The position numbers were made by a program, and so were the translations under genes. Below, in pieces: positions 11,631 through 21,776 of a stretch of 64,000 nt of DNA. The first letter of the stretch is position 1, and every line of letters starts with the position of its first letter. This DNA comes from Zancudomyces culisetae HAW-14-8 (Eukaryota; Fungi; Kickxellomycota), in assembly GCA_052426225.1 (NCBI GenBank), contig JBNJNM010000011.1, forward strand, positions 4,836,001 through 4,900,000, read 5' to 3'. The notes beneath the pieces are model-generated. The model searched no databases and was not told where the DNA came from. It was given only the letters and a program-made list of their open reading frames with translations.

Positions 11631-14600
11631 CTACAAACGAACTTGGTTATTAGATAGTTGTGATAGCAAAGCCTCGAGATCGGCTAAAAAGGCTTGAAAA
11701 ACATCTGATCGAAGAATATTTTGTAAAACACTGCTCACAAGAGTTGTAGTTTGAGGACTAGGTGAAGAAGTACTTGAGGGAGAGGCTGAGGAAATAACTA
11801 AGGGTGTAGTTGGTGATGCGCCTGATATAATAGTTGATGGCGTAGCTGATGCTGTTGCTGGATTGGCCGAAGGAGTAGCCAATGGTGTGGAAGATGAAGG
11901 TGCAGCAGTTGCTAGTTGTTGAATACTAGACAAGAGGGAGGAAAGTTGTTGCAACGCTGGAAGAATTGTAGGTGATAGTTCTGGAGCACCTATTGGTGCA
12001 GCTGGGGCTGCTGTAACTGGGGCCGCTGATGCTGTTGCTGGAGTAACTGAAGGAGTAGCCAATGGTGTGGCAGAAGAAGGTGCAGCAGTTGATAGTTGTT
12101 GAATACTAGACAAGAGGGAGGAAAGTTGTTGCAACGCTGGAAGAATTGTAGGTGATAGTTCTGGAGCACCTATTGGTGCAGCTGGTGCTGCTATAACTGG
12201 GACCGCTGATGCTGGAGTTACTGATGCTGGGGTTGTAGCTGGGGTTGCTGCACCTGTAGCTGGAGTTGCAGCTGGGGTTGCTGACGCTGGGGTTGCTGCA
12301 CCTGTAGCTGGAGTTGTAGCTGGAGCTGCTGTAGCTGGAGTTGCTGATGCTGGAGTTGTAGCTGGGGTTTCTGATGTTGTAGCTGGAGTTGTAGCTGGGG
12401 TTGTAGCTGGGGTTGTAGCTGGAGTTGCTGATTCTGGAGTTTCTGATGCTGTAGTTGGGGTTGTAACTGGTGTTGCAGCTGGGGTTGCAGCTGGTGTTGC
12501 AGCTGGTGTTGTAGCTGGTGTTGTAGCTGGTGTTGTAGCTGGTGTTGTAGCTGGGGTTGCAGCTGGGGTTGCAGATGCTGTAGCTGGAGTTGCTGCTGCT
12601 GTAGCTGGAGTTGCTGCTGGAGTTGTAGCTGGGGTTGTTGCTGGAGTTGTAGCTGGAGTTGCAGATGCTGTAGCTGGAGTTGCTGCTGGAGTTGCTGCTG
12701 GAGTTGTAGCTGGAGTTGTAGCTGGAGTTGTAGCTGGAGTTGTAGCTGGAGTTGCTGATTCTGGAGTTTCTGATGCTGTAGCTGGAGTTGCTGCTGGGGT
12801 TGCTGATGCTGGGGTTGTAGCTGGAGCTGCTGTAGCTGGATTTGCTGATGCTGGAGTTGTAGCTGGGGTTTCTGATGTTGTAGCTGGGGTTGTAGCTGGG
12901 GTTGTAGCTGGAGTTGTAGCTGGGGTTGCTGCTGGGGTTGCTGACGCTGGGGTTGCTGCACCTGTAGCTGGGGTTGTAGCTGGGGTTGTAGCTGGGGTTG
13001 CAGCTGGAGCTGCTGTAGCTGGAGTTGCTGATGCTGGAGTTGTAGCTGGGGTTGTAGCTGCTGATGCTGGAGTTGTAGCTGGGTTTGCTGCTGCTGTAGC
13101 TGCAGTTGTAGCTGGAGTTGTAGCTGGGGTTGTAGCTGGGTTTGCTGCTGCTGTAGCTGCAGTTGTAGCTGGAGTTGTAGCTGGGGTTGTAGCTGGAGTT
13201 GTAGCTGGGGTTGTAGCTGGGGTTGCTGCTGCTGTAGCTGGAGTTGTAGCTGGAGCTGCTGATGCTGGAGTTGTAGCTGGGTTTGCTGCTGCTGTAGCTG
13301 CAGTTGTAGCTGGAGTTGTAGCTGGGGTTGTAGCTGGAGTTGTAGCTGGGGTTGTAGCTGGGGTTGTAGCTGGGGTTTCTGATGTTGTAGCTGGGGTTGT
13401 AGCTGGGGTTGTAGCTGGGGTTGTAGCTGGGGTTGTAGCTGGAGTTGTAGCTGGGGTTGTAGCTGGGTTTGCTGCTGCTGTAGCTGCAGTTGTAGCTGGA
13501 GTTGTAGCTGGGGTTGTAGCTGCTGATGCTGGAGTTGTAGCTGGGTTTGCTGCTGCTGTAGCTGCAGTTGTAGCTGGAGTTGTAGCTGGAGTTGTAGCTG
13601 GGGTTGTAGCTGGAGTTGTAGCTGGAGTTGTAGCTGGGGTTGTAGCTGGAGCTGCTGTAGCTGGAGTTGCTGATGCTGGAGTTGTAGCTGGGGTTTCTGA
13701 TGTTGTAGCTGGGGTTGTAGCTGCTGATGCTGGGGTTGTAGCTGGGGTTGCTGCTGCTGTAGCTGGAGTTGTAGCTGGAGTTGTAGCTGGGGTTGTAGCT
13801 GGAGTTGTAGCTGGAGTTGTAGCTGGAGTTGTAGCTGGGGTTGTAGCTGGGGTTGTAGCTGGAGCTGCTGTAGCTGGAGTTGCTGATGCTGGAGTTGTAG
13901 CTGGGGTTTCTGATGTTGTAGCTGGGGTTGTAGCTGGAGTTGTAGCTGGAGTTGCCGATGCTGGAGTTGTAGCTGGGGTTGCTGCTGGGGTTGCTGACGC
14001 TGGGGTTGTAGCTGGGGTTGTAGCTGGAGTTGTAGCTGGGGTTGTAGCTGCTGATGCTGGAGTTGTAGCTGGGTTTGCTGCTGCTGACGCTGGGGTTGTA
14101 GCTGGGGTTGTAGCTGGAGTTGTAGCTGGGGTTGTAGCTGGGTTTGCTGCTGCTGTAGCTGCAGTTGTAGCTGGAGTTGTAGCTGGGGTTGTAGCTGGAG
14201 TTGTAGCTGGAGTTGTAGCTGGGGTTGTAGCTGGAGCTGCTGTAGCTGGAGTTGCTGATGCTGGAGTTGTAGCTGGGGTTGCTGCTGCTGTAGCTGCAGT
14301 TGTAGCTGGAACCGCTGCTGCTGGAGTTGCTGCTGCTGGGGCTGCTGAGACTGGAACCGCTGATGCTGCAGTTGCTGCTGCTGGGGCTGCTGAGACTGGA
14401 ACCGCTGATGCTGCAGTTGCTGCTTGAGCTATTGATGAAACTGTTGGCGAAGCTGCTCCAATAGCTACTGTTGAAAGCCCTCCTATTTGCACCGGCTCTG
14501 CTAGAGTTTGTGAGACTACTTGCCTATTTTCTCTGGTGAGCAGCGCAATCAAATTGTTAACTGCTTGCTGGATGATGTTCATAAGATTGATGTCATTGAA

Positions 14601-15212
14601 TATTGTGTTTACGAGAGTGTTCACGCTGGTTGAATCTGTGTTGACAAAACTTAATGTATTTTGCTGTTCTAACTGGCTGAGCTTGATTCTTATTTGTGTT
14701 TCAAGATTCTCAACGAATGTTTTGAGTGCATCAGGAGTCATACTGAGAATTTGTCTCTTATGATTTCTAGAAATTCCTCTTTTCATGAATCTCTTGGTAA
14801 GTAACTTGGCAACTTTTTGAACTCCTAGAGTGCAGTCACTATTCGAGCAAATAGTGTCACCACGCTTAGAGTATGCTTTGGAATCTGCATGAGATGAAGG
14901 GGTTGAATGCTTATGTGTAAGGGTTTGTGGTTGTGCGCATTCAACAGAGCCATCGCTTTTGTAAGTATGAAGTTTTTCGTAGCTTGAATATTGTTCATTA
15001 GACTGTTGCTTGTTTGTACGTCTTTTGTATTTCTGCTTCTGCAAATATGGGTAGGAATAGGGTGGTGGTGATGGTGGAAAGAAGGAAGGAGTAGTTTCCT
15101 TGTTCAGTTTCAGATCGTAGGATTTGTCGTTTTGGACTTTTCCAAAAGCTTTGGCTGGGTTGAAACTTTCTATCGCCAACACACCAAGTAGAATTTGAAA
15201 TCTAACCTTCAT
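11631..15212 (-). CDS. Large secreted mucin-like Pro/Ala/Thr repeat protein (1193 aa)
   Basis: Signal peptide, several dibasic sites, about 2.2 kb of PATT-type repeats in one open frame, helical C-terminal segments, no C-terminal TM. Confidence 0.85.
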   Translation of the reverse strand: MKVRFQILLGVLAIESFNPAKAFGKVQNDKSYDLKLNKETTPSFFPPSPPPYSYPYLQKQKYKRRTNKQQSNEQYSSYEKLHTYKSDGSVECAQPQTLTHKHSTPSSHADSKAYSKRGDTICSNSDCTLGVQKVAKLLTKRFMKRGISRNHKRQILSMTPDALKTFVENLETQIRIKLSQLEQQNTLSFVNTDSTSVNTLVNTIFNDINLMNIIQQAVNNLIALLTRENRQVVSQTLAEPVQIGGLSTVAIGAASPTVSSIAQAATAASAVPVSAAPAAATAASAVPVSAAPAAATPAAAVPATTAATAAATPATTPASATPATAAPATTPATTPATTPATTPATTPATTAATAAANPATTPATTPATTPATTPASAAANPATTPASAATTPATTPATTPATTPASATPAATPATTPASATPATTPATTPATTSETPATTPASATPATAAPATTPATTPATTPATTPATTPATTPATTPATTPATAAATPATTPASAATTPATTSETPATTPASATPATAAPATTPATTPATTPATTPATTPATTPATTAATAAANPATTPASAATTPATTPATTAATAAANPATTPATTPATTPATTPATTPATTPATTSETPATTPATTPATTPATTPATTPATTAATAAANPATTPASAAPATTPATAAATPATTPATTPATTPATTPATTAATAAANPATTPATTPATTAATAAANPATTPASAATTPATTPASATPATAAPAATPATTPATTPATGAATPASATPAATPATTPATTPATTPATTSETPATTPASANPATAAPATTPASATPAATPATASETPESATPATTPATTPATTPATTPAATPAATPATASATPATTPATTPATTPAATPATAAATPATASATPAATPATTPATTPATTPATTPAATPAATPAATPVTTPTTASETPESATPATTPATTPATTPATTSETPATTPASATPATAAPATTPATGAATPASATPAATPATGAATPATTPASVTPASAVPVIAAPAAPIGAPELSPTILPALQQLSSLLSSIQQLSTAAPSSATPLATPSVTPATASAAPVTAAPAAPIGAPELSPTILPALQQLSSLLSSIQQLATAAPSSSTPLATPSANPATASATPSTIISGASPTTPLVISSASPSSTSSPSPQTTTLVSSVLQNILRSDVFQAFLADLEALLSQLSNNQVRL
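11845..12214 (-). repeat. 180-bp (60-aa) direct tandem duplication
   Basis: APAAPIGAPELSPTILPALQQLSSLLSSIQQL.TAAPSS.TPLATPS occurs twice with a 180-nt period. Confidence 0.92.
12215..14425 (-). repeat. Coding minisatellite, 12-nt core CCAGCTACAAC(T/C) = PATT, with higher-order blocks
   Basis: Directly visible gttgtagctgg(a/g) array with recurring TTSETP and TAAANP variants. Confidence 0.97.
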
Positions 15213-16080
15213 TTTAAATAAAAACTTAACACTGTGGTTTGGCTTATTTGATTGTTTTTGTATAAAATACCAGTCCTAATGAATGGGTTATGTTATAAAA
15301 ACACTTGTTTCTGTGCGTGTACTTTGAACTTTTTTTTAGTTTTCGAGGTTGATATTTATATCTTTTTTGTTTTTTTAAGAATTCTAGCATTCAACTACGT
15401 TAATAGTGTAATATCTACTATCATTAGTACTGGTCTGATTATTGTGTACACATACAAACTCATAAAAACACAAAATGTTAATAATTAACCAATATCAAAT
15501 TTTAGCAATGTATAGCAAGGTGAAATATGCTGCAATATCGATCTAATAAAACAGGGAATGGTGTGAGACCCATGATGGTTTTAGATACGCAAATGGTAAT
15601 ATTAAAGTCAATACGATTATAACGGCAGCCGTATATTAGTAAACATTGATAGTTGAAGAGCAGTTTGTGTAAAGATAGTTATAAATTTGAGGTATATACT
15701 GGAATCTATCTTGGAGGCTATATAATAGCCATGGGCTTCAACTCGGTGAATTAAACTAAAACAATAAAATTGATGTATTATTAGTGCTGAACCAATTTAT
15801 GAGCAATGTTCCCTGTAAATATTAACTTTAGATATTAATAGCTGTTAGTTCGGAAGTATGGCTAGGTATGGCTAGTAACTTCAAATGAGGCTGTGAATAT
15901 TGAGCGAAAAATATATGTAAAGCCAGGCTGACAAAACAAAAAAAAATGCTATGTTATACCACCCGATAATTGGGCCAGTTAAATCAAAAGTGTGAATTGC
16001 TTTTGTTTTTTGTTTTTTTTTTTCATTTGATTACTACAACAAAATAGAAAACGTGTATAACACAGAGTGTATATGAAACA

Positions 16081-17894
16081 ATGCTGAACAGACAACAGGG
16101 GAATAACAAGATAAAAAAAAGATTCAATTCGCTAAGTGAATTGCGACAGCATTTGAAAGGGCAGAAGGCCAAAAATAGCAATGGTAAAAACGAAGACGCT
16201 GTTACGAGTGAAATAGGAAAAAATACACAGGAGCGAGTAAATGACTTTTTTCTGAGCAAAAAGACAAAGCAAACAAACGACGAAGAACACAACTCAATAA
16301 ATCGTGTATCTGTGCACGAAAAAGTGCAAGAGCGAGCAAAAACTGATTTGCAAAAAAGCGAGAGAAAGGGAGAGGGTGAGGTGGAAAATAAGAATCCATT
16401 TTTGTTTGCAACGAATGCAAGTACTCGTGGTGCAGGAACAAGAAATGTGGCTATAAATAGGAGTGGGAGCGTGGGGAGTATATGCAAGGATCCGTTTGAA
16501 ATTGTGGAATTTGTGGGAGCGAGTATTCAAAAAGAGGATAAAATTGATGTGAAAATCGATATTGATATTACTATGGATACGGATATATATACCCTCAAGA
16601 GAAAGGCCGACTTCACACATCAAAGCGATAGTGCAGGTGAAGGTGAAGATGAAGGTGAAGAAGGAGATGTGGATGGGCATGGGGATGAAATGCTTGAGGA
16701 TGCTAGCATGTATCGAGTAAATATGAGCGTTGTATCGAGTCTTAGCACGGACATGAAAACCAAGGAGGCGTATAGTACAAAAAAGGCAAAAACAATTGAA
16801 AAAAATCTGGCTGTAGAGGTACTGAAATACATACTAGTAGAGAGTATTTGTAGAATATATACTAACCATATTGACATAATATAAATGGGAAATAGAAAGC
16901 AGACAAGAGTAATGAAATGTATATAGATATTACTACAAAAAATAAAAGTAAGAAAAAAGAGGATAATGAAGGGGAAAAGGGAAAAAACAGAGAAAGATAT
17001 AGTGATAGTGATATTACTGACGTGGTTGGCGTAGTGGGAAACAATCCAATGGTGACAGAGATAATACGATTTATAATAAGCGAGCCAACACAAGACCTTT
17101 TGGAGATGACACAAGAACACGCAATATTAAAATACGGCAAGTACTATCAAGAGCGTGGCAATAAATGGACGGATAAAAAGTCAGAAGCGATTGGAGAGAT
17201 TTTGAATAAGCTGTGTGTATTCTATTATCAACAGGAAAATAGGGATAGAGCTGGATATGGAGGAGGGGTGATAGAAAAGGAGGAGGATGAGGAGTGGGAG
17301 GAGAGTATCAGGATGCTGGATACAATGATGAAGAGGAAGGTGGAACAAGAGAAAAGTAAATATGGAAATAGTGATAGAAATGGAAATGAAAATGAAAATG
17401 AAAATATAGAGATAAATGGAGGTGGCGGTGATGAAGAGATGTACTTTGTGGTACTTGTTGACGATATCGGGTATGAGTTTAAAAAATTGAAGGATAAGAG
17501 AAGGGTAAGAATATATGGGAGGGGAGTAGGTGGAGGATATATGAAAGTGCTTAGTAAAAAAGGGATAGTGTATAAGCAAAATACGAAAGAAAGAGAAGAG
17601 GGAAAGAATAGGCGGGTGAAGGAGATAGAGAAGGAAATAGAGTTGGAAGTGGTTGGAGAGCAGAGTATTGCAAGAATTATAGAGTCCGAGATACTAAAAA
17701 GAAGAGGAAAAATGGGAATCGGGAGGGAGATAATCAGCAACGAACTATTTGTTAATGGACAATATAAAGTACCAAAAATCGAAATCAAAAGACAAAAGAC
17801 GAATTATGGTAACAAAGAATATAGAGTCGAGATAAGTAAATTAAAGATAATGAGAGATAAAGAAAAGGAAGTGATTAGTAGACATATGGAATGA
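16081..17894 (+). CDS. Diverged DONSON-like replication protein; exons 16081-16818 and 16896-17894
   Basis: Intron 16819-16895 (GTACTG...TACTAAC...TAG) fuses two ORFs in frame; NPF, IRFIISEP, W..S...L, YFVV...EF, L...GI.Y, IISNELFVNG and YRVEISK follow the DONSON motif order (recognised by eye). Confidence 0.6.
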
Positions 17895-19348
17895 GCTTGT
17901 AAGGGACACGGCGGCAGTATTCGTCCCAGTAGACCCCATACTTGAGGCGACAACGATCATTATCACGGGAGATGCGGTGGACGAGGAGAACAGTCATGTA
18001 GAAGAGGTAGTAGAAGGGGATAAAGTCAAAGGAGGCGCAAGAGGCACCGAAGGCGAAACACATCAGTAGATCACCGACGTAGTTAAAGTGGCGGGAGAGA
18101 CCCCAGAATCCGCAGGTAAGTAGGATGGATTTGTGGGGTTTTCCATCAGCAGTGCGATACTCGGCGCGGATAAAGGTAGGTGGTTTGCCGAAAATGAGGC
18201 AACGGCCGTTTGTTTTGCGAACAATATCCTTTTGATTGTTTGCGTTGCGGAAGATATAGTAGCCTACAAGACCAATGGAGAGAATGAGGATAAAGTAAGG
18301 AGTGGAGAGATCGACTGGGTTGCGGAAGATGTAGAATGATTGCAGAGTGTAGGTGAAAGGTAGCCAGACACAGTCTCCCCATGCTAGATAGTAACCAAAG
18401 TGGTCGTGGGCAATGTCGATTGTGCGTAGGTACCAGTCTTCAAAGTAGAAAAAGTCGACAACGTATATTGCGTGCAAAATGTTGAGCAAGACCATCGCAT
18501 TGGTAACATAGCCAAGCTGCTTGTACTGTGCAGCACCAAAACTAAAGTTGATGAGTGTCCAAGCAACAATACCTGGTCGGCCGTTAAATACTAGCTTGAA
18601 GTCGAACCATTGGCCAATTCGTGGGTTTAGTTCAATTCCCATACAGTAGTCGTAGATTTTTGAGCCCGAAAACTTGCGGTCTTCTGGATGTGATGGTGCG
18701 ATATGTGCCTTCATGTATACAAACAGCGACAACGCCAACCCAACAATATTAGTAGCTACCAAGAAACCTCCCCAGTGCACGCAGATGTAGTCCAACCCAT
18801 ATGCCTCGTTTGACAGCACGCTACCAGCTATATATACCACATGTGTGGCTATCCACACATATAACCCATTGATTCTGTATTTCAACACATGACCAGCTGG
18901 TGTGCTTTGTCCGAGCCCAATCTTGCGCACCGGGAAGTACAGGTACATTGCAAAGTTATACACGAGCCAGCACAAATATACACATAGTGCCTCGCGGTCA
19001 GCTAGTACTACATCTGTAAAGATCTTGTATACTCCTGCTCCAATCATTTCAATCAATCCTCCATTCGTGCTGCTAACAATCTCGTCTTGGAAATTCTGCA
19101 CTACGTTGAAGAAGTCCACTATTGGACCCGTTGTTATTGAACACTGGTAGTATGTGCAGCTAGCCCACAAATACGCTGCCCAAAATGGTGCAAAGGCGAA
19201 CAGCCCGAGTGTCAAAGCGATTGTGATCACTGTTGCGTCTATTAGCCAGGATATTCATATTATAGCTGTTACTTTGCGAAAATTCGGGGTACTTACCTGT
19301 TGCTCTTCCCCAAAGCTCCAACTTTTTCTTTTCCTGATTCTTTGCCAT
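17875..19348 (-). CDS. DHCR7: 7-dehydrocholesterol (sterol delta-7) reductase; exons 19348-19297 and 19238-17875
   Basis: WGRA N-terminus; GIELNPRIG..FDFK.VFNGRPGIVAW; YLRTIDIAHDHFGYYLAWGDCVWLP (DHCR7-type rather than ERG4/ERG24); GFWGLSRHFNYVGD; 58-nt GT-AG intron. Confidence 0.92.
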
Positions 19349-20030
19349 GTTTGTTTTTCTCTTTGAATTAAAAATCCAATTCAAAAAACTTTTTTATTTT
19401 CGCTTATTTTAGCAAAGAAATGTATATAATTTTTTTTATTTACTGATTTTAGATTTTTGTTTACCTTTTTATCACATTTAAAGCTGCAATAGAAAACAAC
19501 ATCACTCTACAACCTGAGACAAAATTCAATCAATCAGTTTCAACTAAAAGAACAAAAAAAAAAGAAAATTCTACCAATATGATTTTGTTCCATACTTTTT
19601 CCAACGTTCTTCATCGTCACCTTCCCCCCTCCCCCTTCCCCCACTTGATATATATCACATTCTTTAATACACCAAATTCTTGACGTTTGAGCCAAAAATA
19701 ACCAATACTTTTCTTGTCCACCTATTCTTCACCATCGCTTTTTGGTCTTGTAATAGTACCTTGTTGGGCAATACCAATTATTTCACGTAAACCCATTCCC
19801 CAAACACACTCAAAAAATCAAAAAGAGTGCGGCGTTACAAAAAAAGGCAAAACCGAGCCTCTTTCATTGGATGTTATCTGATATCTCAAAATAACTAGAA
19901 ATGATGTCATTGATCCCAACTATAAAAAAAAAACATACAAACAAATAACGTTCGCTTTATTAGCCCATTTTCTTAGTATAGATTTGTTAATATTACAATA
20001 CAAACTTAAGCTAAATAAATAAATAATTTC

Positions 20031-21776
20031 TTAGAGGTTTCGTGATTTCTTGAACTCTGTAAAGTTGGCAACCGGATCAAAAATGTTTGGGTTGTTCTTG
20101 GCATTGATATGTGCCTGAGTTTCCAGTGCCTGTTTTTCGGCTATTGCTCCCCCACCTATACCATTTTCGGGTTTGTCCTGTACTTGGTGATCATGCGCAT
20201 CTCCGGGCTCATAGCTGAGCTGAACAGATTCACTCTGCACGCTTGATTCTTCTTTATCACCCGAGATAATTGATGCACCAGGATAATCTTTTTGAGACTC
20301 AGACAACTCTCTCATTCTCTTAGAATACTTGCCTTCGATCCGTGCAAGTACATTCTGCACATTATCGATCAGTGGCTTCAGCACCTGGAACGAACACAAC
20401 AGGTTCTCATCTACAACCATCATCGCCGCCGAGTTGTCAAATTCACCACAATAGTTGGGGGCGCTAAATATTGTTACTAGTTGCCGATCTGCAAAGAACT
20501 CGTAGCCGTCTTCAACGACCATATGTGCACGCACAACCAAATCGTATCCGAAATCCAACAAGAACTTTGTAACCACTGCAGCACTGAAGCAGTATGATAC
20601 GCCACGCTCGTTCGCATCCCAGTCAAGTGCCGATTCTGACGGGTCCGACCACAACAAGTCGTTCAGCACTCCCTCGTTGGGTACCTCAGTTGGCCGGCTG
20701 AGCTCACGCAGCTGCTCAACGTTCTTGAGTGATGGTGACAACCCGCCGTGTACACAAAATATGCGATCATTGACAACCGCTGCCACTGGCAATCGATCAA
20801 ACAAGTCGACGAACGCTTTCCATACCTTGATATTGCTGCGCCGTTTGCATTCATCAAAGAACCCATACACCTTGGTTACGCTACTACTCTCGTGGTTGCC
20901 GCGCAACAAGAAAAAGTTGTTTGGATACTTGATTTTGTAGCTCAACAGCAGTAGTATTGTCTCAAGCGACTGCTTGCCTCTATCTACGTAGTCGCCTAAA
21001 AATAAATAATTTGAACGTGGCGGAAACCCACACTTGTCAAATATTCTAATCAAATCTGCATACTGTCCATGAATGTCACCAACAATTTTAACAGGCCCAA
21101 CCAACTCCAATAACATTGGTTGACTCGAAATGGCTGCACTTGCGTTGGCGCATATAGACTCGATTTCACTACTCTTCATGTTAACTTTTTTGTTGATTTT
21201 TCCCGAAAATCCATCCGAGAGCAACCGGTTGATAATTTCGTCAATATTTATTGCACTTGGCTTCTTATCGTTTGACCCACCTCCGTCTTTTCCGCCCCCA
21301 CCTCCTACCGTTCCAGATGTAAGTGATCCCAGCCATGTTTTTCCCTCGGTTAGCCTCCTCCCGAACCCCTGGGACTCCTTTTCTCCCCCTTCCCCCTCCC
21401 CTTCCTTCTTTCCCTTCTCTGCCAAAAGGTTCAATCCCGTGTCTGTGCTCATCGATCTTTGCTTGGGCTCAGATCCTCCCGCATTTTGCGCTCCGAAATT
21501 TGTCTTCTCGCCCACTCCTGAATCCATCCCTGCGCTTCCCCCTTGCTCCACTTTCCCCTTATTGTTAAATTGCAATTGTTGGAACATTGGATCTACACTG
21601 CTCAGCTCCGAATCTCCATGTGATGATTTTGCTTTCCTTAAATTGACTTTGCTGAAAGGATTGTTGTTTTTTTTTCCTGCCTCCCCTCCTTGGAGAGATT
21701 TTGTTTTATGCAGTGCCAAGGAATCTGCTCTCTTGACGCCACCACCAATTCCATCCTTAGCTGGTGTATTTCCCAT
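20031..21776 (-). CDS. PPZ1: Ser/Thr protein phosphatase Z (PP1-like catalytic domain, long N-terminal extension)
   Basis: MGN N-myristoylation start; [49 protein letters not shown]. Confidence 0.9.
   Translation of the reverse strand: MGNTPAKDGIGGGVKRADSLALHKTKSLQGGEAGKKNNNPFSKVNLRKAKSSHGDSELSSVDPMFQQLQFNNKGKVEQGGSAGMDSGVGEKTNFGAQNAGGSEPKQRSMSTDTGLNLLAEKGKKEGEGEGGEKESQGFGRRLTEGKTWLGSLTSGTVGGGGGKDGGGSNDKKPSAINIDEIINRLLSDGFSGKINKKVNMKSSEIESICANASAAISSQPMLLELVGPVKIVGDIHGQYADLIRIFDKCGFPPRSNYLFLGDYVDRGKQSLETILLLLSYKIKYPNNFFLLRGNHESSSVTKVYGFFDECKRRSNIKVWKAFVDLFDRLPVAAVVNDRIFCVHGGLSPSLKNVEQLRELSRPTEVPNEGVLNDLLWSDPSESALDWDANERGVSYCFSAAVVTKFLLDFGYDLVVRAHMVVEDGYEFFADRQLVTIFSAPNYCGEFDNSAAMMVVDENLLCSFQVLKPLIDNVQNVLARIEGKYSKRMRELSESQKDYPGASIISGDKEESSVQSESVQLSYEPGDAHDHQVQDKPENGIGGGAIAEKQALETQAHINAKNNPNIFDPVANFTEFKKSRNL

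Noticed and set aside
12218-12961. 247-aa poly-Q/L ORF
   Set aside because: Alternative-frame shadow of the PATT minisatellite, with a non-ATG start
12215-14425. Antifreeze glycoprotein or CRISPR-like array
   Set aside because: The period is 4 aa (PATT), not the AFGP tripeptide; there are no unique spacers, and it lies inside a eukaryotic ORF
4569-15212. PMT plus mucin as a functional gene cluster
   Set aside because: Separated by unrelated housekeeping genes; proximity alone is not evidence
16023-17788. Several F/S/L/I-rich minus-strand ORFs
   Set aside because: Antisense shadows of a purine-rich coding strand
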